Shown here one piece after another: positions 1 to 11,553 of a DNA stretch of 64,000 nucleotides. The notes under the pieces were generated by a model, which saw only the letters and a list, made by a program, of their open reading frames with translations, was not told the DNA's origin and made no database searches. The DNA lies in NCBI GenBank assembly GCA_965200245.1, contig CBDATS010000008.1, forward strand, positions 288,001 to 352,000. The letters are read 5' to 3'. Numbering within the stretch: the stretch's first letter is position 1; the number at the start of each line of letters is the position of its first letter. The stretch comes from a bacterium. Lineage in GTDB: Bacteria > UBA8248. A program made the position numbers and the translations under genes.

Positions 1-2335
<2,335 letters not shown>

Positions 2336-2416
2336 ATTTGAGATATCACTCATCGGTTCTCGGCCGGAGCCTCATGATGCCAATCGTGTGATTTGATTGT
2401 CAGGAATTTCAAAAAT

Positions 2417-2532
2417 TTCCGGTGGCTATAGCGGCGGGGCCACACCCGTTCCCATCCCGAACACGGCAGTTAAGCCCGCCAGCGCCTATGGTACTGCGGT
2501 CCTTTCCGTGGGAGAGTGGGTCGTCGCCGGAA
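2417..2532 (+). rRNA. rrf: 5S rRNA
   Basis: CACACCCGTTCCCATCCCGAACACGGCAGTTAAG and GGTACTG...GGGAGAGT motifs; terminal helix TTCCGGTG/CGCCGGAA; ~80 nt after 23S. Confidence 0.98.
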
Positions 2533-2542
2533 TATGAATCGG

Positions 2543-2577
2543 AAACCCCGCTGGTCATTACAGCCAGCGGGGTTTTT
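2543..2577 (+). terminator. Rho-independent terminator of the rRNA operon
   Basis: AAACCCCGCTGG-loop-CCAGCGGGGTTT followed by T run. Confidence 0.9.
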
Positions 2578-3144
2578 GTGTCTGTACAGGGAATGGCGAG
2601 CTTCGGGTATCCCCGAACGCTCGGGTACATATCGGGAATCTGTTTCGGATTTCCTGTCATGACGGGTGCCATGGAACTCGGCCTCGGTGGATTGTTCTAT
2701 GCTTTGCCCGATGTCCATGTCATCCCCTGGTATCTCGGTTACGTCTGTATCCCCTGAATGGCGCGGAAGATCGCTGTCGCCGACGGAATGGACGCAACAG
2801 GCGAAAACCGGGCAAGCCGTTTACCTTCCTTCTCGTGGTGTCATTCATCCTGGTTTTTCTCGGCCGGGACACCTTGAGCGGGTTGTCCTGGAAAGGAGTA
2901 ACGCGAAAGAGCAATCCTTACAACATCCAACTCTCCGGTAAGGGGATTCTCATCTTGCGCCCCGTTGGTGTCCGTTTTTCCGACTACAATCAGTGGCAAG
3001 TCGAAGCCGCCGGACAGCGTCGGAAGAAACGGGGAAAGGCAGTGTCGGCATATGGGTTTCTAGGCCTTATTGCCGCCTACGTTGGCCTGGGACTCATCTG
3101 TTACGGTATCTGCGTCACGGCGAAGGGTGCAGAAATACGCCTCG

Positions 3145-3243
3145 GTGGACTCAGAGCGCAAACACGCCGGGACGATGACCGAACCAGATTACAGGCACAA
3201 TGAGTTAATGGTCGAATCCGATTGCAAGCACACCGGATCGGTA
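3145..3243 (+). repeat. Three imperfect 33-bp tandem repeats (11-aa units VDSERKHAGTM / TEPDYRHNELM / VESDCKHTGSV)
   Basis: Units start at 3145, 3178 and 3211; His codon CAC and acidic positions are conserved in register. Confidence 0.55.
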
Positions 3244-3451
3244 GCAGCCCTGCGTGAAATCATCAAGCGCACCAAATCGCCGCGATTAGCCGGCCCGGTT
3301 TTCGTCCCTGAAAGACATTCACTCTCTCAATTGAAATCGGGACCAGTTTTCTGCAGCGTCCGCTGCATTTTTCATCGCTTTGTTGTATACTATTACACTT
3401 ACTCATTGAACATGCGCTGGCCACAATCTCGCCAACCGATGGAAGACAGCC

Positions 3452-4419
3452 ATGGCGCAAGAGGCTCACGCATCAAGAGAAGCTGCCACTCCTCAAGGGC
3501 GGCAATCGGCTTATAACGTACTGGTTCGCTTCGGCCCAGTCATCGGGCTCGCGTTCCTGTGTCTTGTTCTCTCCGTTACGTCCGAAGCCTTCCTGAACCC
3601 GGCGAACTTGATCAATGTCGCTCGCCAAGTCTCCATCAACGCCATCATCGCTGCTGGCATGACGTTCGTCATGATCTCGGGCGGGTTCGACCTATCGGTT
3701 GGCTCCGTCATGGCACTCTCGGGCGTGGTGGGCATCATGGCGATGAATGCCTTCGGTGACGCGGCGGGAATCCTGATCATGTTGGCCGTTGCCCTTTCCT
3801 GTGGCCTTTGGAACGGTCTGCTCGTCGCCTTCGCGCGCATCAACGCCTTTGTGGCCACGCTTGCCGGGATGACCATCTACCACGGCATCGCGCTCGTGGT
3901 GACAGACTCGTTTCCTGTCACGCGCTTCGGGGGCTGGTACCGCAACTTCGGCTAGGGGCACCTCTTCGGGCTGCCGATTCCGATCTACGTTCTCATCATC
4001 GTCTATGTCGTCGCCCACATCGTGCTGACGCGCCGTCGGTCTACGCCGTGGGCGGGAACGAGGAGGCCGCCCGCCTCTCGGGCATCAACGTGGAGCGCAT
4101 CCGCACGTCGGTATTCACCATATGCGGCTTCGGCGTGGGTATCGCCTCGCTTCTGATCATCGGGCGGTTGCAGTCCGCGCAGGCGAACATGGGCATTCAG
4201 GCTGAACTTGACGCCATCGCTGCTGTCGTCATCGGCGGTACGAGCCTCGCAGGTGGGGAGGGGCGTGTATTCGGAACCCTTGCGGGCGCCTTCACCATCG
4301 GGGTTTTAAACAACGGTCTGAACCTACATGACATCAGTGCACACTGGCAGCTTGTGGCCAAGGGCGTCGTCATTGCGCTCGCCGTTATCATTGATCGCCA
4401 ACTCGTGCACAGACAGTGA
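3452..4419 (+). pseudogene. rbsC: Ribose-type sugar ABC permease, disrupted
   Basis: N-half has AAGMTFVMISGGFDLSVG; in-frame TAG at 3953-3955; read-through gives GHLFGLPIPIYVLIIVYVVAHIVLTR; frameshift/deletion at ~4033-4035; C-half YAVGGNEEAARLSG...ELDAIAAVVIGGTSLAGGEG is in another frame. Confidence 0.88.
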
Positions 4420-4423
4420 GCAG

Positions 4424-5929
4424 ATGTCGGCGATGTTAACGATGGAAGGAATATCCAAGGCATTTCTGGGTGTCCAGGTGCTCTCGAAAGTCGATTTCGA
4501 GGTCATGCACGGCGAGGTGCACGCCTTGATCGGAGAAAACGGAGCGGGCAAGTCCACACTCATCAAGATACTCGCGGGTGTCCACCGGAGCGATGCAGGA
4601 ACGATACGCTTCGAGGGAAACGACTATAACGCCACCAATCCACATGAAGCGCTGGCGATGGGTGTAGCCGTCATCTACCAGGAATTGAACCTCGTCCAGA
4701 AGCTTACGGTGGCACAGAACATCTTCCTGGGCCATGAGCCCCTGCGACGTGCGGGTTTCGTCGCCACCCGTGAGATGAACTTGCGCGCCGGAGAAATCCT
4801 GAAAAAACTTGGTATCTCGATCGACCCGCGCACCCAGGTTGAGGAACTAGGTGTCGCCCAGAAGCAGATGGTAGAAATCGCAAAGGCGCTCTCTCGCGCT
4901 TCGCGCATCCTCGTGATGGACGAACCCACCGCTCCCCTCACGCAGAGCGAGATCGAGGTTCTCTTCCGCGTCATTGCAGGCTTGAAAGAAGAGGGAATGG
5001 GAATCATCTACATCTCGCACCGCCTTGATGAGGTTTTCCAGATTGCCGATCGCGTCACAGTGCTGCGCGACGGTGAGCGGGTGCATTCGAGTGAAGTACC
5101 CGAGACGCGGATCGACGAACTCGTCCTTGCGATGGTGGGTCGTCGCCTCGCCGAGGTGGAACCCCCACTTGATGTTCCTGAAGATGCGCCCGTGGTGCTC
5201 GAAGCGGATGATCTGGCTGATGGGAGGGTGGTGCAGGGCATCTCTCTGCAGGTGAGGGCGGGCGAGGTGGTTGGCCTGGCGGGACTCATCGGCTCGGGGC
5301 GCAGCGAGTTCGCGCACCTGCTCTTTGGTTCGGCAGCAGCAAGGGGTGGCGAGACACGCTTGTCGGGCAAGATGCTGAGTGGTGGCATCCCCCAGCGGAT
5401 CGCCGACGGTGTCGGCATGGTGCCTGAAGATCGGAAGCTCCAGGGGCTCGTGATGCAACTCCTCGTCAAGGAGAACAGCACGCTCGCCACGCTCGATAAG
5501 TACACGAACGGCGGATTTGTCCGACGCCTGGCTCACGAATCCCGCGTGCGAGAGATCATCGCGGAACTTCGCATCGCAACACGTGGGCCACGCCAGCCCG
5601 TCAAAATGCTGAGCGGGGGCAACCAGCAGAAAGTCATCCTCTCGCGCTGGATGGATACCGGCGCCCGCGCGCTCATCTTCGACGAACCCACGCGCGGAGT
5701 GGATGTGGGTGCCAAGGCGGAAATCTACGCCCTCATCCGGGAGTTGCAAAAACGTGGCGTCGCCATACTGATGATCAGTTCGGACCTGCCCGAGGTGCTG
5801 CGGATCAGCAACCGGGTCATTGTCATCAGGAACGGGCGCGTCGCGGGGGAACTTTCCCGCGATGAAGCCACTCAAGAGAACGTTTTGCGGCTCATGATGG
5901 GAGCCGCCGTATCGGGCAGAAGAGTCTAA
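4424..5929 (+). CDS. rbsA: Sugar ABC transporter ATP-binding protein (RbsA/MglA family, two NBDs)
   Basis: GENGAGKST, MDEPT, YISHRL, PEDRK, LSGGNQQKV, DEPTRGVDVGAK. Confidence 0.93.
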   Translation: MSAMLTMEGISKAFLGVQVLSKVDFEVMHGEVHALIGENGAGKSTLIKILAGVHRSDAGTIRFEGNDYNATNPHEALAMGVAVIYQELNLVQKLTVAQNIFLGHEPLRRAGFVATREMNLRAGEILKKLGISIDPRTQVEELGVAQKQMVEIAKALSRASRILVMDEPTAPLTQSEIEVLFRVIAGLKEEGMGIIYISHRLDEVFQIADRVTVLRDGERVHSSEVPETRIDELVLAMVGRRLAEVEPPLDVPEDAPVVLEADDLADGRVVQGISLQVRAGEVVGLAGLIGSGRSEFAHLLFGSAAARGGETRLSGKMLSGGIPQRIADGVGMVPEDRKLQGLVMQLLVKENSTLATLDKYTNGGFVRRLAHESRVREIIAELRIATRGPRQPVKMLSGGNQQKVILSRWMDTGARALIFDEPTRGVDVGAKAEIYALIRELQKRGVAILMISSDLPEVLRISNRVIVIRNGRVAGELSRDEATQENVLRLMMGAAVSGRRV

Positions 5930-5961
5930 ATGTAAAACCCTAACCAATGGAGGAACAAGCC

Positions 5962-6867
5962 ATGAAAAGAACTCTAGCTGTTCTTGCCCTCGGAATCGCA
6001 CTGGTAGTCGCGGGGGTGACGCCGGCTCAGGCAGCGATGAAGAAGCTCCGGTTCGGGGCGTCCTTCTCGGGCCTTCACCATCCCGCATACGCCACCGTGG
6101 CCAAGCATATGCGTTCGGAGGCGAAGAAACACGGCGTCAACATCATCATTACCGACAGCCAGGACAAGCTCGCCAAGCAAATCAACGATCTCGAGGACAT
6201 GATCACCAAGGGCTTGGATGTACTCTTCGTGAACACGGTTTCGAAAGGAACCGAACCCACTCTCAGAAAAGCTGCGGCCAAGGGCATCAAGGTCGTCGCT
6301 GTCCAGCGTTGGAACAGCGACCCCGCCGTGGTCCACTTCGTCGGTACGGACAACAAGGAAATGGGTCGCATTGGTGCCGAGTGGGTCGTCAAGCAAATGA
6401 AGGGCAAGGGGAACCTCGTTGTGATGTCGGGCATCCCCGGAGCCGCCTCATCGGATGATCGCAAGACGGGTTCGGACGCCGTGTGGGCGAAGCACAAGGG
6501 CATCAAGGTCGTTGCCCACCAGACGGGCATGTACAACCGCGTCAAGGCACTTGAGGTAATGGAGAACATTCTCCAGAAAAACAAGAAGATCGATTGGGTG
6601 TTTTGCTACAATGACTCGATGGCGATGGGTGTTCTCGGCGCCATCCGCGCCGCGGGCCGCAAGGGCATCAACGTCTTCGGTATGGATGCCATCAAGGACG
6701 CGGTGCAGGCCATCAAACGCGGTGAGATGACAGCCACCCTCGCGATTCCCTTTGATGAGGAAGGACGCGTTGCGGTGCGAAACGGCATCAAGTTGGCCAA
6801 GGGCGAGAAACTGGCCAAGTCTCATGTTATCCAGGCCTTCGTGATGACGAAGGGCAACGCGCCTTAA
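5962..6867 (+). CDS. rbsB: Sugar ABC transporter periplasmic binding protein (RbsB family)
   Basis: Signal peptide ending AQA; VGTDN..MG, GIPGAASSDDR, NDSMAMG, GMDA motifs; GGAGG RBS; exact ligand uncertain. Confidence 0.85.
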   Translation: MKRTLAVLALGIALVVAGVTPAQAAMKKLRFGASFSGLHHPAYATVAKHMRSEAKKHGVNIIITDSQDKLAKQINDLEDMITKGLDVLFVNTVSKGTEPTLRKAAAKGIKVVAVQRWNSDPAVVHFVGTDNKEMGRIGAEWVVKQMKGKGNLVVMSGIPGAASSDDRKTGSDAVWAKHKGIKVVAHQTGMYNRVKALEVMENILQKNKKIDWVFCYNDSMAMGVLGAIRAAGRKGINVFGMDAIKDAVQAIKRGEMTATLAIPFDEEGRVAVRNGIKLAKGEKLAKSHVIQAFVMTKGNAP

Positions 6868-6897
6868 AGCCTCAATTCACGCAGTCAACCGTAGCCG

Positions 6898-6937
6898 AAA
6901 ACCGGCGGTCGGCTTGTTCTGCCGGCCGCCGGTTTTT
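6898..6937 (+). terminator. Rho-independent terminator
   Basis: AAAACCGGCGGTCGGC-loop-GCCGGCCGCCGGTTTTT. Confidence 0.9.
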
Positions 6938-7066
6938 GTATCGATGCAAGCAGGCAGGCATCGACTTCCATAAGAGAAATAAGGATTGTGTGGTAGAACG
7001 CAGGGACAGGTCGCGTGCCCCCTGCAGGGTTCCGGAATTTTTTCAAATGAATGGATGAGAGAGGTA

Positions 7067-7297
7067 GTGGATCAAACAGATGTGAACCAGTACCTCTGTA
7101 TGTTTCGTCGGGAGCAGCCCAAGTATCCTTCCCGCAAGGCGCGAACTACCCTGCTATTCGACACCTGTACCGGCGATTTTAAGGTAGCATCCGCACACAA
7201 GGAGGATTATCTTACAGGGAAGGGTATATTACAGGTGGCGAATGTCACCACGCGACAGGAAGCGCATCTTCCCTGGCTGGTTGTGGGAATCGAGTGA
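7067..7297 (+). CDS. Small hypothetical protein
   Basis: Open frame with GTG preceded by GAGAGG; no recognisable motif. Confidence 0.3.
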   Translation: MDQTDVNQYLCMFRREQPKYPSRKARTTLLFDTCTGDFKVASAHKEDYLTGKGILQVANVTTRQEAHLPWLVVGIE

Positions 7298-7331
7298 GAC
7301 GAGAGAAGCCACCTTACGTGGAGGGTAGACG

Positions 7332-7760
7332 TTGTTCCCAATTCCCTGGGATGCACGCAGCGACGCGGGCGTTTTCCTGTTCAACCAGGGGGAATACTGG
7401 TACGCGCACGAGGCGTGGGAGGGAATATGGATGAACGCGGAGCCAGTGCCCAAAAAATTCTACCAAGGCCTCATCCAACTCGCCGCGGGCTACGTGAAAC
7501 TCCAGCAACGTCACTACAAGGGAGCACTCGCCAACTTGAAGAAAGGCCTCGAGCGATTCCGCGAAGTCGATGAGGCTGTGGGCGATCTCGACGTACCGAT
7601 TCTTTACAAGAAACTCGTGAACCAATCGCGCGGAGTGCGCGTGAGCCTGATCGATCAGGGAGAGATGCGCGTACTCGCCCACGCTTGGGATTTATGGCCG
7701 AAAATCGAATACGTCGCCGACGCGCAACGCAATTCGGTTTCCCACTCGCCGCTGGCCTGA
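7332..7760 (+). CDS. DUF309 domain protein
   Basis: FNQGEYWYAHEAWE..W and YQGLIQLAAG family signatures. Confidence 0.85.
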   Translation: MFPIPWDARSDAGVFLFNQGEYWYAHEAWEGIWMNAEPVPKKFYQGLIQLAAGYVKLQQRHYKGALANLKKGLERFREVDEAVGDLDVPILYKKLVNQSRGVRVSLIDQGEMRVLAHAWDLWPKIEYVADAQRNSVSHSPLA

Positions 7761-7769
7761 GGATGAGAG

Positions 7770-8324
7770 ATGAAACGTCTTGTTTTTTGCATTACCATGC
7801 TGGTTTTTCTGGGCGGATGCGGGGGTTTTGAGCTGAGCGACTCCCCGTTCCAGCGAATCACCCGCACCCAACAGAAGGATAGTTATCTGGTGGCCGTTCA
7901 GGCCAGGTTGGTTCCCACTTACTGGCATGTGTTCTCCCCATTCAGTCCCGAGGAGGCCGAAGTGCGTGAAGCCGCCTGCAAGGGATTGTCGTTCGCTCCC
8001 CGGTTCCGCTGCGTTCGGACGAACAAGGTCGGTGCTCTTCTGGAGAAACCCGACTATGTCGTCCAAATCGAGTACGATGTAGTTGAAACGAAACACTTCT
8101 TCCGAAGCCGATATTTTCGAAGCGTGCTCGTGAATGACTCCCGGGGTGATAGGGATGTTGAAGGAGACGACGTAGGTGATGCCAACTACGAGGTGCGCTG
8201 GGGTTTTCGGGTGATAAAGGCCAGCGGGTCCAAGCCGGTGTTCCAGAGTATTTTCCGCGAAGAAAGCCTCGATACTTGGAGTTTCGACGTCGAGCAGTGG
8301 ATGGAACGCTATTTTTCGGAGTGA
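7770..8324 (+). CDS. Hypothetical lipoprotein
   Basis: MKR + hydrophobic stretch + lipobox LGGC; GAGGA RBS. Confidence 0.7.
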   Translation: MKRLVFCITMLVFLGGCGGFELSDSPFQRITRTQQKDSYLVAVQARLVPTYWHVFSPFSPEEAEVREAACKGLSFAPRFRCVRTNKVGALLEKPDYVVQIEYDVVETKHFFRSRYFRSVLVNDSRGDRDVEGDDVGDANYEVRWGFRVIKASGSKPVFQSIFREESLDTWSFDVEQWMERYFSE

Positions 8325-8865
8325 ATCTGCATCAGACGGTTCTGGATTATCCGTGGAGGATTGATCCTCTCGGGCGAGTCGGTGGTCGGACGTATTTCCG
8401 GCCTACCTTGGCCCGTTAGGGCGCATCATCTGGCAACTGGAATGAAGGCGGGCCGCTTGAGGTGCTCACCGCTTTTCCTCGCGCATGACGGCGCTGGGCA
8501 ACGCCGTGTAGGCGTGCGGAATAACCCTCTCCTTGTTCTTGCGTGCCTTCGGCAAACACGCACTCTGGTCGGGCAGCATGTGATCTCACGAAGATAGAAA
8601 CGCCCCCGCCCATGGACCCACGCGGGACGCGTATTTCCCCGCATTTGTGATTGCCGGTTTTTTACGACTCGGGCGAGAATCCTTCGCGCGAAATTCCTGA
8701 AAATTGTCAATCTACGAATCGCTGCTCACCCCGTTATAACCACGGCACGAACGATCAGGTTCGTCAGTAGTTCCACTTGTATACGCTGGAGTTCAGATGA
8801 GCCGGTTTCGTATTCATCACAAATTGAAAAAGACGGGTTAAAAACGAGACTCAAAATGAAGGCTG

Positions 8866-9870
8866 TCAAGTTGGTTTAGTCAGGACGTTCACCGGATATC
8901 GGGGTTTCTTCCCGCTCAGGACACGGGCGATGTCCTCTCCCGCCCAAGTGGCGATAGTTTCCAGGCATTCGTGCGTGGAACCCGCCATGTGCGGCGTGAG
9001 AATGAGGTTGGGCGCGTCGAATATGGCACTTTCGGGATCGGGCGGTTCGCCTTCAAGGACATCAAGGGACGCCCCGCCGATTTGGCCGCTCATAAGCGCG
9101 CGCGCAAGAGCCTTCTCATCCACCAGCGGGCCTCTCGCTGCATTCACGAGGAACACGCCTTTTTTCATTCTTGAGATTGCAGCCCTATCGATCAGGTGGT
9201 AGGTCTTCGGTGTACTCGGCGCGTGAAGAGAGATGAAATCGGCCTGGCCCAGCAGGGTTTCGAACCGCGCGGGTCTTGCGCCTCGCGCCCGAATATCTTC
9301 ACTTTTTAGGCCTGGATCATGGGCCAGAACCTTCATGCCCAAAGCGGTTGCCATTTTCGTGAGCCTGCTCCCCACCTGTCCGATGCCAATGAGCCCCAAC
9401 GTCTTTCCGTTGAGTTCCATCCCCGTGTGGCGCGCTTCGCCCCATACACGCTCCGCTCCCACATAGGAGGCCACTTGGGGAATTCGTCTGGCGAGTGAGA
9501 GAATCAGCCCCAACGTAAGCTCGGCCACAGCGTTCGCGTTGGCACCCGGCGTGTTGGTGACGAGTACGTTATGCTCCGTGCAAGCTACCACATCCACCTG
9601 ATCCACGCCTGCACCATGCACGGCCACCATGCGCAAATCTGGCAGTAGAGCGAGCAGGGATGCGGTGATGTAGCCCGGGCGCAACAGAATCGCCTCTGCA
9701 CTCCGGAGTTTCTCCGAGAAGATGGTTTCTTCCTGTTCACTCAGAGGTCTGAAGGGTAGTGCCACGGCTCGAACGGGCGCTACGCCCGCCAACGCCTTTT
9801 TCACGGGATCCATGATTACAGGAAAATCAGATGTAGAAGTAACAGCGACCCACCGTTTTCTTGAAGACAT
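8866..9870 (-). CDS. D-isomer-specific 2-hydroxyacid dehydrogenase (SerA-like)
   Basis: GAGVD, NTPGANANAVAE, GIGQVG, NAARG, LDVLEGEP, TPHMAG. Confidence 0.92.
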   Translation of the reverse strand: MSSRKRWVAVTSTSDFPVIMDPVKKALAGVAPVRAVALPFRPLSEQEETIFSEKLRSAEAILLRPGYITASLLALLPDLRMVAVHGAGVDQVDVVACTEHNVLVTNTPGANANAVAELTLGLILSLARRIPQVASYVGAERVWGEARHTGMELNGKTLGLIGIGQVGSRLTKMATALGMKVLAHDPGLKSEDIRARGARPARFETLLGQADFISLHAPSTPKTYHLIDRAAISRMKKGVFLVNAARGPLVDEKALARALMSGQIGGASLDVLEGEPPDPESAIFDAPNLILTPHMAGSTHECLETIATWAGEDIARVLSGKKPRYPVNVLTKPT

Positions 9871-9878
9871 GGAATGAA

Positions 9879-11540
9879 CTACATGTCGACGACGGTGAAA
9901 TCGCCGTCATAATTGTATTTGGCTCTTGCTTTTTGAATGGAAAGCAAACCTTCCTGTAAATCGCGCTCAATGGCGTAAAAGGAACGATCCTTCGGGTCGC
10001 CGTAGCCTCCTCCACTCGGTACTTCCAGAACGAGTCTGTCGCTTTGATTCATTACCCATTGGCGCTTGGGATTTATGGGACGACCGTTCAGGGTCACCTT
10101 TCCAACACGTCCGTTGTTCCCGCCGAACAACCCGTAGGCGGGGTGCCGTGTACGCTCGCTCATGAACGTAAGGAGGATCGGCCCGTCGGAGAGCGATTTC
10201 ACGATTACCTGCTGGCCGTTGCCGCCGGCGTATTTGCCTGCGCCGCCACTGTCTCTGATAGATGCTTTCCGCTCTACCAGCAACGGCACGAGGTGCTCCA
10301 GGATTTCAATGGGCGTGTTCGACGTGTTCGAGGGGAAATCAAGGCATACGCGCCCATCGTGCCTGTCCGTCGCGCCCTGCCCTCCATGCAGGAAGAAATT
10401 GCCCGCAAAGTGCCGGTTCTCTTTCGTGATGCCCGCCGCATTGATAGCCCACGTGGGGCTCCCGCTGGCAGCTTGCACGAGATTGGGAACCGCCTTGCAC
10501 AGGGCGCCAAAAATGGCCGAGGGGATGAAGTGTCCCACCATGGAGCGACCGTTCACCGGGGCCGGATAGCGCGCATTGAGTATGCTTCCTTCAGGAGCAG
10601 ATACCGTCACGGGCCGGAAGTTTCCCTCGTTGTTGGGAATTTGTGGGCAGAACAGGCACTTGAGCGAATAGGCGGAGTAAGAATAGACGTAACTCAGCAC
10701 GGCGTTTAGGCCCCGGTCAACCTGTGGGGAAGAACCTGTATAGTCCACCAGGATGCTGCTGCCGCGAACCTTCACCTCCACGCGGATAACGAGCGGCTCG
10801 TCGTACCCATCTGTGGAAACCTGGAAACGGTATTCTCCGTCTTCGACTTTCTTGATGGCTTCGCGCATGGCGTTTTCGGAACGCTGGAAGATAGTGGTGG
10901 CGGATGCCTCAAGGTCGGCGAGTTTGTATTCTTCCAGAATCTCGCCGATGCGTTGGGCGGCGAGCCTGCTGGCGGACATGTGGGAGATCAGGTCTCCTTC
11001 CACCTGATTCGGAACGCGCACGTTTTTTCTGATAATTCGCAGAATGTCTGCGTTGATCTGGCCACCAGACATGTATTTGCAGGGCGGGAGCTGGAGTCCT
11101 TCTTCGTATATCTCGCGTACCTCGGGCGACCTCAGTTTCCCTCCCATGTCCGTCACCTGGGTGGTGATTCCGATGAGGGCGACAAGCTTCGATTTGTAGA
11201 AAACCGGTGTGAGGGAAGTGAGATCCTGAAGATGGCCAGTTCCCATCCAGGGGTCGTTTGTAAGGATGAGGTCATCTTGCTTGAGGGTTTCCTGCGGGAA
11301 AATCTGCAGGAGTTTCTTGGCCGTGATTGGTAATGCGCCGACGAAGCTAGGCATGGTGGACCTGGCTTGAGCGATGGACTGTCCACCAGGGTTCAAAATG
11401 ACAACAGCGAAATTCCTCGATTCACGTATCGTGGTGGAAAATGCGGTGCGCACGATCTCAGTAGCCGCTTCCTCGGCGATGGCGACGAAGCGGTTCCAGA
11501 GGACTTCCAAAGTAATCGAATCGATACCCTTGCGGGCCAT
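9879..11540 (-). CDS. Hydantoinase B / 5-oxoprolinase beta-type subunit
   Basis: RTAFSTTIRE, NDPWMGTGHLQD, IYEEGL, GGQGA, NTPIEILE, GGGYGDP. Confidence 0.92.
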   Translation of the reverse strand: MARKGIDSITLEVLWNRFVAIAEEAATEIVRTAFSTTIRESRNFAVVILNPGGQSIAQARSTMPSFVGALPITAKKLLQIFPQETLKQDDLILTNDPWMGTGHLQDLTSLTPVFYKSKLVALIGITTQVTDMGGKLRSPEVREIYEEGLQLPPCKYMSGGQINADILRIIRKNVRVPNQVEGDLISHMSASRLAAQRIGEILEEYKLADLEASATTIFQRSENAMREAIKKVEDGEYRFQVSTDGYDEPLVIRVEVKVRGSSILVDYTGSSPQVDRGLNAVLSYVYSYSAYSLKCLFCPQIPNNEGNFRPVTVSAPEGSILNARYPAPVNGRSMVGHFIPSAIFGALCKAVPNLVQAASGSPTWAINAAGITKENRHFAGNFFLHGGQGATDRHDGRVCLDFPSNTSNTPIEILEHLVPLLVERKASIRDSGGAGKYAGGNGQQVIVKSLSDGPILLTFMSERTRHPAYGLFGGNNGRVGKVTLNGRPINPKRQWVMNQSDRLVLEVPSGGGYGDPKDRSFYAIERDLQEGLLSIQKARAKYNYDGDFTVVDM

Positions 11541-11553
11541 ATCGGAAATTCTC

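Noticed and set aside
8330-8860. Short ORFs in the gap between the lipoprotein and dehydrogenase genes
   Set aside because: No RBS, motif or convincing coding pattern.
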